Source of the DNA: the human T2T-CHM13v2.0 reference genome, Homo sapiens
Strand: one strand, 5' to 3'
Length of the DNA stretch: 64,000 nucleotides
Assembly: GCF_009914755.1 (NCBI RefSeq)
Contig: NC_060947.1
Shown: in pieces, positions 17,793-39,142 of the stretch
How the letters are laid out: each line of letters begins with the position of its first letter
How positions within the stretch are numbered: position 1 is the stretch's first letter
Made by a program: the position numbers and the translations under genes
The notes under the pieces: model-generated
Databases searched by the model: none
What the model was told of the DNA's origin: nothing
What the model saw: the letters and a program-made list of their open reading frames with translations, nothing else

Positions 17793-18453
17793 TTATAACG
17801 TATTGTTAATTTTATATAATAGCATTTAAGTTATGACATCTCAAGGAGAGTAAACATCACTCAAGTACTTTACCTCTTCTTCTAGGGAAGGGGTTAGTGC
17901 ATTTTTCCTTGTGTGTAGGAGAGTTGTATCATATTGGGTGGAACTGTGGTCTTGTCATTTTATATGGAGATTAAGTGTGGTTAAAGAGATGCATGTTGGG
18001 TGCCAAGCTGACAAAGGGTTAGCTCGTGATGGTCAAGTTCCTGTGTCAAATTTATTGGGCCATGGGATGCCTATGTATTTGGTTAAACACTATTCTGGGT
18101 ATGTCTGTGAGGGTTAAATATTAATCTGGATGAGATTAATATTTAAATTGGTAGACTGAAAAAAAGGAGATTACCCTCCCCAGTGTGGATGGGCATCATC
18201 CAATCTGTGGGAGACCTGAATAGAACAAAAGGTGGAATAAGGGAGGATTTACTCTTTCTGCCTGACTCTCTTACAGCTGGGACATCTATCTTCTCCTGCC
18301 TTCACACTCAGACTCAGATTGGATCTTACACTATTGGCCTTCCTGGTTCTCAGGTCAAAATACAACTATACCATCAGCAATCCTGAATCTCCAGCTTGCT
18401 GACTGTAAATCTTAGGACTTCTCAGCTTTCACAACCAGGTAAACCAATTTCTT

Positions 18454-20197
18454 TTTTAAAAAATAATTGTAACTGTTATTTTAGATTCAGGGCATACATG
18501 TTCAGATTTGTTACATGGGTATATTGCATGATGCTGGGGTTTGGGATAGGAATGATTCTGTCACCCAGGTAGTGAACATAGTACCCAATACGTAGTTTTT
18601 CAGCCCTTGCCTCATTCCCTCTCTCCCCACTCTAGTGGTCCTCAGTGTCTGTTGTTGCCATCTTCATGTCCATGTGTACCCAATGCTTAGCTACAACTTA
18701 CAAGTGAGGATATACAGTATTTGGTTTTCTGTTTCTGCATGACTTCACTTGGGATAATGGCCTCCAGCTACATCCATGTTGCTGCAAAGGATATAATTTC
18801 ATTCATTTTTATGGCTGCATAGTATTCCATGTTATATATGTACCATATTTTCTTTGTCCAATCCACCCTGGATGGGTACCTGGATTGATTCCACGTCTTT
18901 ATTATTGTGAATAGTGCTGCACTCAATGTGAGTGAATGTGTCTTCTCGGTAGAATGATTTATTTTCCTTTGAGTATATACTCAGTAATGGGATTGCTAGG
19001 TTGAATGGTAGTTCCACTCTCAGTTCTTTTTTCTTCTCCCCAGCTGATTTTTTTTTGTAGAGACAGGGTCTTGCTATGTTGCCCAGGCTAGTCTTGAACT
19101 CCTGGACTCAAGCAGTCCTCTCACCTTGGCCTCCCAAAGTGCTGGGCTTTTAGGCATGAGCCACTGCCCCCGGCCTCAACTCAGTTCTTTGAAAAATCTC
19201 CAAACTGCTTTCCACAATGGCTGAACTAATTTACATCCCCACCAACAGTGTATAAGCATTCCCTTTTCTCCACAGCCTCACCAGCATTTGTTATTTTTTG
19301 ACGTTTTAATAATAGCCATTCTGACTGATGTGAGATAGTTTCACATTGTGCTTTTTATATGCATTTCTCTGATGATTAGCGTTGTGGAGCATTTTTTCAT
19401 ATGTTTGTTGGCCGCTTGTATGTCTTCTATTGAGAGGTGTCTGTTCAGTCCTTTGCCCATTTTTCAATGGGGTTATTAGTTTTCCGCTTGTTGAATTAAG
19501 TTCCTTACAGATCCTGGGTATGAGACCTTTGTTCGATGCATAGTTGGCAAATATTTTCTCCCATTCTGTGGGTTGTCTGTTTACACTGTTGATAGTTTCT
19601 TTTGCTGTACAGAAGCTCTTTAGTTTAATTAGATCCCACTTGTCAATTTTTTGTTTTGTTGCAATTGCTTTTGAAGACTTAGTGATAAATTCTTTCTCAA
19701 GGCCAATATCCAGAATGGTGTTCCTATGTTTTCTTCTAGGATTTTTATAGGTTGAGGTCTTACATTTAAATTTTTAATATACCTTGAGTTAATCTTTGTA
19801 TGTGGTGAAAGATAGGAGTACAGTTTCATTCTCTGCATAAGGCTAGCCAGCTATCACAGCACTATTTATTGAATAGAGTGTCCTTTCTCCATTGCATATT
19901 TTTGTCAACTTTGTTAAAGATCAGATGGCTGTACGTGTGTGGCTTTATTTCTGGGCTCTCTATTCTGTTCCACTGGTCTCTGTGTCTATTTTTATACCAG
20001 TACCGTGTTGTTTTGGTTACTGTAGCCTTGTATTTTGAAGTTGGGTAGTGTGATGGCTCCAGCTTTGTTCTTTTTGCTTAGGACTGCTTTGGCTATTTGT
20101 GCTCTTTTTTGGTTCCATATGAATTTTAGAACAGTTTTTTCTAATTCTGTAAAAATGATATTGGTAGTTTGATAGGAATACCATTGAATCTGTATAT
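18454..20197 (-). mobile_element. 5'-truncated L1 (L1PA15/16-like) inserted in the 3' MLT2 LTR
   Basis: L1 3' UTR and ORF2 C-terminus on minus strand; TSD CCAATTTCTT at 18444-18453 and 20201-20210. Confidence 0.88.
19031..19175 (-). mobile_element. FLAM/Alu left monomer inside L1
   Basis: Alu monomer; TSD CTCAGTTCTTT on both sides. Confidence 0.85.
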
Positions 20198-20632
20198 GAG
20201 CCAATTTCTTATGATAAATAAGTAAGTATATATGTATATATTATACATCTATTAGATATATACATATTCATAGTATCTAATATTTGTGTACATATAGCTC
20301 CTATTGGTTCTTTTTCTTTGTAGAACCCAGACTAATACAAGAACCAAATCTACGTCCAAGGCAAGGCAACGTAGTAAAGCAAGAAATCATCAGAACCTGG
20401 CTTGGGACTGAAGTGGAAGAAGAAGGGCTGTTCATTGGCAAGAATCAAATGTGAGTCTTATATGGGAGGCACAAGCTGATGAGAGTAGGTTGGGAAGGTG
20501 AGATTTGGTGAGATAGCCTGAAGCAACTGCACTCATCAAAGAGCTTTTATGAAGAATTGGCTTCTGTGCCTGTGGGATAGTAGAGACCTTTAAAAGGCAG
20601 TCTGGACAAAAACATGAGAATTGTTTCTATAA

Positions 20633-20697
20633 GGAAGGAAGGAAGAAAGGAAGGGAGGGAGGGAGTGGGGAAGGGAGGAAGGAAAGGGAAGGAGGGT
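20633..20697. repeat. (GGAA/GGGA)n purine tract
   Basis: Almost pure G/A run. Confidence 0.8.
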
Positions 20698-20961
20698 TAC
20701 TGCGATATCAACAGCACATCTGAATTATCTGTCATTAGATAGCTAGCTGTCTAATGATAGATAATTAGATAGCTATCATTACTAGCTATCTAATAAGATG
20801 TGGAGAAAAACTAAAATTGTTGCTTATTACTTCACATTCTGCCAATAAGCTGCCACAGATAATATTTTGAATAATTTTACTTAATTGCACATTCATTTAA
20901 TCAATATGCCCCTAAATTTCAGCTCCATCTCCAATTATACTATATGATTATATCATTGTTC

Positions 20962-21620
<659 letters not shown>

Positions 21621-21659
21621 AATATTCTTTATTTCATTGTTTTGTTCACTTGTGGTATG

Positions 21660-21855
21660 GGCTTAACTATAGATATTAAGAGCCAGGCTCTGGAATCAAA
21701 CTACCTAGATTCAAGTCCAGGTGCTGCCTCTTTCTAGCTGTGTGACCTAGGGCAAGTTACTGAAACTCTGTGACTCAGTTTTTAAGGAAGAGTTGTTGTG
21801 AGGATTAAACGTGTTAATACCACGTTTAGATTCATGCCAGGCACTGTATGATTGT
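21660..21855 (+). mobile_element. MIR SINE
   Basis: TTAAGAGCCAGGCTCTGG...TAGCTGTGTGACCTAGGGCAAGTTAC. Confidence 0.75.
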
Positions 21856-22217
21856 TAAATGTGACATTAAAGTGTAAAAGAGAGACTATCTAAGGAAGAC
21901 TGTCCTTACTGAATTCCATTCTATGTTACTGCAGTGCACCATTGTTTTCAGTGATATAGCATAATACAGTAGAGATTAATTTCTGTTTTCTTTTTATAAT
22001 AATAACCTTGCATCCTAATTATGAAATATACAAAGTATATAAATATATAGTAATATAACTAAATATCTACATATAAAATTATAAAATATTTTGAAATGTA
22101 AAGTATAAATAAAAATAAAATAACCACATATATTCAAAATAACCAGTATAATTATTTAAATGTTCTATTAATTCTTAAATCTGTTGTACAGTTTTTAAAT
22201 CATAAAACAGACATAGG

Positions 22218-23530
<1,313 letters not shown>

Positions 23531-23741
23531 CATAACTATATCATACACAGCTGGAGTTTTGATGGAGTTCTTCTCTTTTTTTATTCTTTTTCTCTTTTTG
23601 CTTGACATTCTCCTATATCACCTTCACCCCTATAACCTGTGTTAATGACTTAGTATATATCCTTCCAGAGTTTTCTTCATGCTCATAATTAAACCCAATG
23701 AGGGAGGGGCATAAAGAGAAAAACAAAATGTGGAGGGGTGT

Positions 23742-23744
<3 letters not shown>

Positions 23745-23779
<35 letters not shown>

Positions 23780-23806
23780 TGTGCGTTTCAGAGAGAGAGA
23801 AAGAGA
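23745..23806. repeat. (GA)n microsatellite
   Basis: GAGAGA runs. Confidence 0.85.
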
Positions 23807-23834
23807 CTATGAGAATATGAATGAATCATTAAGA

Positions 23835-24060
23835 GAGAACATGGACACTCTGGAGCCAAAATGCCTAGGTTCAAATTGCATTCCTGCCATTTACCGGCTG
23901 TGTGAACCTGGACAAGTGACTTTACTTCCCTATACCTCAGTTTCCTCATTTGTAAACTGAGCATCATAGTAATACCTACCTAATTGAGTTAATGCATGTA
24001 CATTTCTTAGAAGAGTTCTGGCGCACCATATGTGTTTTATAAATGTTAACTATTGTTATA
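23835..24060 (+). mobile_element. MIR SINE
   Basis: CTCTGGAGCCAAAATGCCTAGGTTCAAAT...CCTCAGTTTCCTCATTTGTAAA. Confidence 0.78.
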
Positions 24061-24158
24061 TATACGAGTTTGGAGGTCATCATTTGCTTTGCAAAAATGC
24101 TATTATACACATCTTTTTGGAAGGGAGATCTTGTTTTTCCAATAGGAGAGACATAATA

Positions 24159-24505
24159 CAGTTGACCCTTGAAAAATGCAGAGATCAGAGCGCTCCCCAC
24201 CCTTGCACAGTCAAAAATCTCTGTATAACTTTTAACTCCCCCAAAACTTACCTGCTAATAGGTACTACTGTTGACAGGAAGCCTTACAGAAAACAAGAAA
24301 GGTTGAATAAGACATATTTTGCATGTTAAATGTATTATATACTGTATGCTTACAATAAAGGAAGCTAGAGAAAAGAAAAAGTTTTGAAGAAAATCATAAG
24401 GAAGAGAAATATATTTACTATTCATTAAGTGGAAGTGAATCATCATAAAATTCTTCATCCTCATTGTCTTCGTGTTGAGTAGGCTGAGGAGGAGGGAGAA
24501 AGGAA
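24159..24505. mobile_element. Tigger2-family (TcMar-Tigger) fragment
   Basis: TA followed by CAGTTGACCCTTGAA terminal repeat and Tigger2a/MER28-like body. Confidence 0.8.
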
Positions 24506-24514
24506 GGGTTAATT

Positions 24515-25200
24515 TACTTAAGATGTGTTATTTTATGCACCACTAAGAAGAAAGAAAATGTGCTACCAGTTAAAAATGACACAACGCTTTCTAATCATTT
24601 AGAATCTTTATTTTATTCTTATTGAAAAGTTCTTTTAGACAAACTTATCCAAATAATTTTACTGTATATTATTCCTGTGCATATAAATAAACTAAATTGG
24701 TTATGGTATTTCTAAAAAAACCTTTCTAACATTGAATCCAACTTTTATGTATGCTTTCAACTCAAAATCATCATCATCCATGTTTTTGCACATAATGTTA
24801 TTTTATGTGTCATCAAAAACATTGGTGGTGCAACAGTTCTTAAAAGAGTGCTCCATTATCATCACCAGGATTTTATTTGAAGCCACTGACACCCATTCTG
24901 CAGTTTTTGATGCTGGGTTCTTCTTGATTATATCAGAAAGTGTCAATACAAGGTTTTAAATAAACAGTCAGGATTCATATTCTTTTCTTCCGTAATTTTG
25001 TTGAGTGAAACATGTAGAGATTGTAATTGGCCAGCCATGCTTCCGGTAGCAACAACCATGTTCATGCATGTGCAGCAGGGGAAATCATGGTATGACTGTT
25101 ACTCAGCCTTCAGTGATTGTAGAATGCCATCAATTCTAAGGGACATTCCAATTTTAGAAATAAAATCTATGAAAATGTTTTTTAATTAAAAGAATATGAT
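24515..25200 (-). mobile_element. TcMar (pogo/Tc2, Kanga-like) transposon remnant
   Basis: Minus strand ~24770-24905 translates EWVSVASNKILVMIMEHSFKNCCTTNVFDDT*, like the pogo-family transposase C-terminus (W..I..SFKKC.I.N.LDG.ED). Confidence 0.6.
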
Positions 25201-25284
25201 AATTCATTATTTCAATTTAGAAGAATCTGCCTGTCGGTGAGCTTTAGACATTTACTTTTTTGTGTGTGGGAGGTGGGGCTCAGT

Positions 25285-25420
25285 CATACGTGTCATCTCA
25301 TTTAATTTTCATAACTCCAAAAAAGAAAACCATTTTACAAGATGTGGAAACTGAGGCTCAAAGTAAAGCAATATGCATGGGAGTCGTGTGGCCAGTAAGT
25401 GGCAGAGTTGGGGTTGCAAT
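25285..25420 (-). mobile_element. MIR SINE
   Basis: CCATTTTACAAGATGTGGAAACTGAGGCTCA...GTAAGTGGCAGAG. Confidence 0.7.
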
Positions 25421-25451
25421 CCTGGTGGGGTTTTTTGGTTTGGTTGGTTGG

Positions 25452-25628
25452 GTTATTTATTTATTATACTTTAAGTTCTAGGGTACATGTGCATAACGTG
25501 CAGGTTTGTTACATAGGTATACATGTGCCATGTTGGTTTGCTGCACCCATTAACTCGTCATTTACATTAGGTATTTCTCCTAATGCTATCCCTTCCCCTG
25601 CCCCCAAACCCATGACAGGCCCTCTGTG
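25452..25628 (-). mobile_element. Short L1PA (PA6/7-like) 3' end
   Basis: TTATACTTTAAGTTCTAGGGTACATGTGC L1PA terminus. Confidence 0.9.
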
Positions 25629-25629
25629 A

Positions 25630-28573
<2,944 letters not shown>

Positions 28574-28579
28574 TGATAT

Positions 28580-30122
28580 TGCGTCCGGAATTGGTGGGTT
28601 CTTGGTCTGACTTCAAGAATGAAGCCGCGGACCCTCAGGGTGAGTGTTACAGCTCTTAAGGTGGCGCGTCTGGAGTCTGTCCCTTCTGATGTTCAGATGT
28701 GTTCGGAGTTTCTTCCTTCTGGTGGGTTCATGGTCTCCCTGGCTCAGAAGTGAAGCTGCAGACCTTCGCAGTGAGTGTTACAGCTCTTAAGGCAGCGCGT
28801 CTGGAGTTGTTCGTTCCTCCCGGTGGGCTCGTGGTCTCGCTGGGCTCAGGAGTAAAGCTGCAGATCTTCGCGGTGAGTGTTGCAGCTCATAAAAGCAGCA
28901 TGGACCCAGAGTGAGCAGTAGCAAGATTTATTGCAAAGAGCGAAAGAACAAAGCTTCCACAGTGTGGAACGGGACCGGAGCGGGTTGCCAATGCTGGCTC
29001 CGGCAGCCTGCTTTTATTCTCTTATCTGGCCCCACCCACATCCTGCTGATTGGTAGAGCTGAGTGGCCTGTTTTAACAGGGCGCTGATTGGTGCGTTTAC
29101 AATCCCTGAGCTAGATAGGAAGGTTCTCCACGTCCCCATCAGATTAGTTAGATACAGAGTTTCGACACACAGGTTCTCCAAGGCCCCACCAGAGCAGCTA
29201 GATACAGAGTGTCAATTGGTGCATTCACAAACCTTGAGCTAAACACAGGGTGCTGATTGGCGTGTTTACAAACCTTGAGCTAGATACAGAGTGCCGATTG
29301 GTGTATTTACAATCCTTGAGCTAGACATAAAGGTTGTCCACGTCCTCACCAGAGCAGCTAGATACAGAGTGTCGATTGGTGCACTCACAAACCTTGAGCT
29401 AAACACAGGGTGCTGATTGGTGTATTTACAATCCCTGAGCTAGATATAAAGACTCTCCACGTCCCCACCAGACTCAGGAGCCCAGCTGGCTTCACCTAGT
29501 GGATCCCGCACCGGGGCTGCAGGTGGAGTTGCCTGCCAGTCCGGCGCCGTACGCTCGCATTCCTCAGCCCTTGGGTGGTCGATGGGACTGGGCACCGTGG
29601 AGCAGGGGGTGGTGCTCGTCAGGGAGGCTCGGGCCGCACTGGAGCCCATGGAGTGGGTGGGAGGCTCAGGCATGATGGGCTGCAGGTCCCGAGCCCTGCC
29701 CCGTGGGAAGGCAGCTAAGGCCCGGCGAGAAATCGAGCGCAGCGCCAGTGGGCCAGCACTGCTGGGGGACTCAGTACACCCTCTGCAGCCACTGGCCCGG
29801 GTGCTAAGTCCCCCATTGCCCGGGGCCAGCAGGGCTGGCTGGCTGCTCCGAGTGCGGGGCCCACCGAGCCCACGCCCACCCGGAACTCCAGCTGGCCCGC
29901 AAGCGCCGCACACAGCCCCGGTTCCCGCTCATGCCTCTCCCTCCACACCTCCCTGCAAGCTGAGGGAGTGGGCTCCGGCCTTGGCCAGCCCAGAAAGGGG
30001 CTCCCACTGTGCAGTGGGGGGCTGAAGGGCTCCTCAAATGCCACCAAAGTGGGAGCCCAGGCAGGGGAGCTGCCGAGAGCAAGCGAGGGCTCTGAGGACT
30101 GCCAGCATGCTGTCACCTCTCA
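28580..30122 (-). mobile_element. Solo LTR12C (ERV9 LTR)
   Basis: Minus strand TGAGAGGTGACAGCATGCTGGCAGTCC...CCACCAATTCCGGACGCA; GC-rich 5' part; tandem CCAAT repeats; 4-bp TSD ATAT at 28576-28579 and 30123-30126. Confidence 0.95.
29000..29480 (-). promoter_or_regulatory. LTR12 U3 enhancer/promoter repeats (NF-Y CCAAT boxes, AATAAAAG TATA-like box)
   Basis: Seven ATTGG copies between 29049 and 29420; CTTTTATT at ~29011-29018. Confidence 0.7.
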
Positions 30123-30151
30123 ATATGGAAGTTGTATATGATAGTTTTATT

Positions 30152-30340
30152 ATGTGGTGTTCTAGTAAACTGGTCCTCCCGCAAAAAGCTGTGATTTGTA
30201 GTGCTTTTGTGTTTACCAATTGCTGGTTTTGGTAGTGTAAATACTTCCAACATTGCTAATTTCAAGTTACCAACATAACATTAACGATGCCAACAATTAG
30301 CTCTCAGGAGCTAGTATGATTTGGCTCCAGTACAACACTG
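30152..30340 (-). mobile_element. MER63-like hAT DNA transposon
   Basis: Minus strand CCAGTGTTGTACTGGAGCC...GAGAGCTAATTGT resembles the MER63 terminus. Confidence 0.55.
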
Positions 30341-30897
30341 GATTTATTGTACTAACGTCTATGTTTACATTAAAAAATTTGATCTCTATATCTCCACCTA
30401 TATATAAAAAAAGTGCCAATTGATCTCATCTATATGGAATGACAGATTTAATATGCATTTATTCATCATCACTAATCCTCACCAATTTCACGTTTTATTG
30501 AAATAACCTGATTTTTTACATTGAGGTTATTAAATCTTTTTATTATATAATTTATATTTGGGTAATTCTTTTGGAATTATTGTTACATTTCATAAACACA
30601 TCAATAACAATTATTCATACAAATTAACTGTATGGTTTTCTGATCAAAGCACTGATAACCATATTTTATGATATACTTACAAAAGTATTCAAATGATATT
30701 CAATTCCCTCATTTTTCTAGATATTTTATTTTTCAATTAAGTAGGCAATCTGGATCAGGTGTCTAGGACCTAAACCACCCTAGACTTTCAGAAATAACCT
30801 TCAGCAACTCAAATATGTGTTAACATCAGTGTAATTTTCAAAGGACAACACAAGAAATGCTAATAAGAATTTCACTACAGATTTTGCTGTAGATTGA

Positions 30898-31110
<213 letters not shown>

Positions 31111-31624
31111 TAGAATCCAGCTGGTACTTGGAAACCTTCCACAAAGCTAATGAAAATAACTGCGTTTCTTTTTTTCTTTTGATTTCTAGGAATCTCAGAG
31201 CTAAATTTGAAGCTAAATTTCAGGAGTTTTGCAGACTCTTGTGCCCTGATTTTTCCTGATCTTGACTTTCTGCTCGTAATTTTGTTTTGGCTTGCCCTGA
31301 TAATTCCTATTTATAATTTCTCCTTATTTTATTGTATGTACTCCTCAAAAGGCTGCTTCACATTCTTCATAAACAAGGAGAGTACAAAATGAATAAGTAG
31401 AAACTCTACAGAAATTCTATATTTTGCTCTATGGTTCCTAACTATTAAAATGAAAGTTTCAAGGTCCTTAAATAAATAAAAATCTACAACAGTTTTTTGT
31501 TTGTCAGTATTTGCATGTTTTTCTATCAACAGATTTCTTCTGTATGTTAGTGTATAACAAGAGAAAAATAGGCTCTTTATCCCTTATGTAATGCATTTCT
31601 TATTTCCTTCACTGCTTCAACCCT

Positions 31625-33152
<1,528 letters not shown>

Positions 33153-34164
33153 TTTGAATTTATATTAATTTTGGTTTTTGTTTTCTGTTGCTGTTATAGT
33201 ATTTTGCCTCATAAACTCCACTGAATTTAATAAAAATCTTATAGACGATACTGAGGATGTCTTATTTTTAATGATTAGAGAGTGGTATAATGTGCTAGAA
33301 AGATCCCTGGAATAAGAGTCAGGCATTCTGGTTCCATTTTCTAGTTAGAATACAGATACAAATTTACCTTTTGAGTTAGGGTAAATTGCTTTACCTGTGA
33401 GATCCTTGAAATGAGGGGATAAAATGATAAGCACTTTAAGGTCTCATCCTTTCTAACATCTTATTATTTGAATTATTTTTAAAAGAGCTGATAAATGCTT
33501 ACTGATATAATATGTTCATTATGCCTTTATCATATCTGCAGTATCCCACCTTTGGCCATGCCTTAGATATATATGACTAAGTTAATATAGTTAAAATAAG
33601 AAGCAGTAAAATAATGAACATCTCATTCATGCATGCATTAATTCTTGTTCTGATGACATTTTTGAAATCCATGGTATTACTACAAGTACTCTTTTTCCTG
33701 TTTCCATAATGACAAAGTAACATTAATAATACATTCCTGGAATATTAACTATCTTGTGCTAATGAGAAGCTTAATAGCCTAAAAAACTATTGCAAATAAC
33801 TCATAATTGTGTGTTCTGAGGAGTCCATTCACTTTTGTTATTGAGATCATCCCTGAAATGCTGTGGATCCTAATGATGTGATCCCTGTGTGTAAGATTAT
33901 CATTCCTGGGTTTCTAGAGGCTAATTGTCCTCTATATTGAAGACAGATGCATCCATTTCCTAATATAGTATCAGAAATGTTCATATGGCAAGAAGTAGTT
34001 CCCACCATATATAAAATGTGAGTTGAACTTGAAAATAAAGGTCCCTATTAATACTGTCATATCAGTGCCCTATTCTGGTGCCTGCCACAAGGAAAAATTA
34101 TGTTACTTGCAAGATTGGAAATAGGTAGAATGATAAATCAATTTATTTCTGGTTTACTGCCCAT

Positions 34165-34659
34165 TTAGATAGCCAGCCTCCAAGAGGGTCCCCAATAATT
34201 CTCACTTTCTAGTATTCACACTCCTCTCCCAGTTTGTACTAGGGATGGTCTGTATGACCGATAGTATGTAGCAGAAGTGAGCGTATGTAACATTCAAGCT
34301 CAGGTAACAAGACTATGACTTTTGTCTTCGTTCCTTCCTCCTCAGAGCACTCTCACTCTATGGAAGTGATGCTTTAAGCAGCCCTATGGAGAGATACAGG
34401 TTTCCTTGAATGGAAGGCTCCTGCCAACAGCTGTGTGAGTAAGTCATCTCAGAAGAGAATCCGACAGCCCAGTCAAGTTTTCAGAAATTGCGACCCAGGC
34501 CAACAACCTGACTGCAACTTCATGAGAGACCCTGAGCAACCACTCAGCTGAGCTGCTTCAAAATTCCTGACTCTCAGGAACTGTATGAGATAGTAAATGT
34601 TTATTGTTCTTACCTAAGTTTTAGAATAATTTAATATACAGCAAGAAAGGACTAATACA
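34165..34659 (+). mobile_element. MaLR LTR (MLT1F-like)
   Basis: GCCAGCCTCCAAGA..TCCCCAATAATTCTCAC start; GACTAATACA end. Confidence 0.75.
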
Positions 34660-34809
34660 GAAGACATTCTCTATTAATGTTCTACCTTAATATTAAATGG
34701 TACTTTAAAAAAATTTTCAGCATTTCTTCCAAGCTCTTTCAACAACTTATCTACACGTTTTTAACTAATTTTGCAAATTAAATTACTATGACCTGCAATT
34801 AACCCAGAC

Positions 34810-35295
34810 TATTCAACAAATACATGACATGGGGGGAAAAGGATAAGGGGAAACTGTTATTGATTGAAATAGATTTAAAGGACATACCAACAATTTCAAT
34901 GTGTGACCTTGATTGGATTTTGATTCAAACAAAGTAACTGTAAAAAGGCATGTCTGAGATGATTGAGGAAAATTGGACATGAACCCATTTGATACTAATG
35001 AGTTATTGTTACTTTTGTTGGCTAATAATATTGTGGTTACAATTTTTAAAGCCTTCTTAGAGATATATAATGAAGTCAATGTGGTTAAAATGATACCATA
35101 GTTGAGATTTGTTTTGATATGTTTCAACACAAATAAACAGAATGAACTGTTGGTGGAGATGGGATAGATTAACCAAGCATGGCAGCGTGGTGATAATTGT
35201 AGAAGCTGGGTGATGGATACATGAGGATTTATTAGACTAATATCCTTACTTTTTCTCTCCTTCTGAAATTTCCATAATAAAAAGTTTTAAAAATA
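34810..35295 (+). mobile_element. L1MC/ME 3' end
   Basis: GAAGCTGGGTGATGGATACATG...TGAAATTTCCATAATAAAAAG. Confidence 0.65.
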
Positions 35296-35489
35296 GAGTA
35301 TATTTTATTTAAAGATTCCAAATAATTATTGAATATGGAATTTTAATATCTATTGTTGGAAACCATGACACATGTCAAAAAATTTCTCCAAATCAAAACC
35401 TTGTTTTAAGATACTTCAAGGGTAAACAATTTTACAATGGTCAACTGAAGTCCAAGATGCTTTCTTTTACACCTTAAATTATTGTATTT

Positions 35490-37812
<2,323 letters not shown>

Positions 37813-39049
37813 TGTAATTGGCTTTATAAGCAGAAAGTATAATTACAAATATTAACAAAAAAAAAACTTCCAGTGAAATGGCAGGCATAGAAAGGTCACA
37901 ATTTGATGTATCTCTGCTGCTCCACTTTGCAATTACAGACAAAATACATAAAGATAAAAATAAGAAGATGCAACTCAGGTCAAAAGCAAGAAGAACAGCT
38001 CTGTGGACCAGAAATCAAACAAAAACGCAAAGTGATGGGCAATCCCGGAGCCACTGGCTTGCTGGTTCCAATTCTTAGAAGCAAAGTATGGATGGCCAGG
38101 ATTTTATCTCTAGTAGGGTAACAGTGACTAAAAGTGCTGTAGAAATAAGATGGGAAATGAGCAAAGCTTATTGCATAAAGCTAAGATCTGAGGTGGATTT
38201 ATCCTGCTCTAGGAAGGAAACTGGCAAAAATAAATTGCCTGCATGTATAGCTCAAGAGAAACTACAAGTTTAGCGAGGTGAGGAGGCCAGTGCAGCATAT
38301 TTATTGCCTATCTAAAGGATTCTTTATTTTAGCCAAGTAATTTTAGAAAGTAGTCTGACAAAGATTTTGAGTATGTTTAGAATACTAAAAAAGAAGAAGA
38401 AATTCCCTCAATCAAAGAAAAGTAAATTATGGAATAAAAATAAGCAGAACTAAAACATGAAAAAGTAAATTTGTATAACAACCAACCAGAAATTCTAGAA
38501 ATGAAATATCTAATTTTAACGAAAAATAGAACAAACTAGACACAGTTGAATAATCAATGAATTGAAAAGTGATGATAGCAAAAAATTCACCCAGAGTGAG
38601 ACACTAAGACTCAAAGAACAGAAAAATATGATCAAGATATGGAGAATAGATTGGGAAACCACAACATCCCTTTAACAGGAGTTCCAGAAGAGAAAAAAAG
38701 GAGGGAATGGTGCAGAATTCATATCTGTAGAGTTTATGGCTAGGTTTTTCCAAAATCTAAAGACACTAATCTTTAGATCAAAATTATATTCTGAGTAATG
38801 AGTAAAAAATAAATAAATCTGTACCCAGACACATTGTTATACAAAAAAAAAGCATAACATCAAATATAAAGATAAAATCATGAAAGTTGCCAGTAAAAAA
38901 AGAAATTATCTTGAGAGGAACAAAAATTAGACCAAACAGCCATTCCCTTAGCAATAATAAAGACCAGGAAACATTAAAGTAATATTTATTTTCTTTGTCT
39001 TAAGAACAAAAGGTGTTATTTCCAGTTAAACCATCATCAAGAGTGACAG

Positions 39050-39142
39050 GAAAAAAAGGGAAGGAAGGAGTGAAGGGAGGAAAGAAGGGAGGGAGGGAAG
39101 AAAAAAAGAAGGAAAGAAGAAAGAAAGAAGGAGGGAAGGAAA
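39050..39142. repeat. GA-rich low-complexity tract
   Basis: (GGAA/GAAA)n. Confidence 0.75.

Noticed and set aside
29138-29480. Regularly spaced ~40-bp repeats resembling a CRISPR array
   Set aside because: These are the U3 tandem repeats of LTR12C; no unique spacers, eukaryotic context
29440-30235. Several overlapping 90-157 aa ORFs
   Set aside because: GC-rich LTR12C sequence is poor in stop codons; no protein motifs
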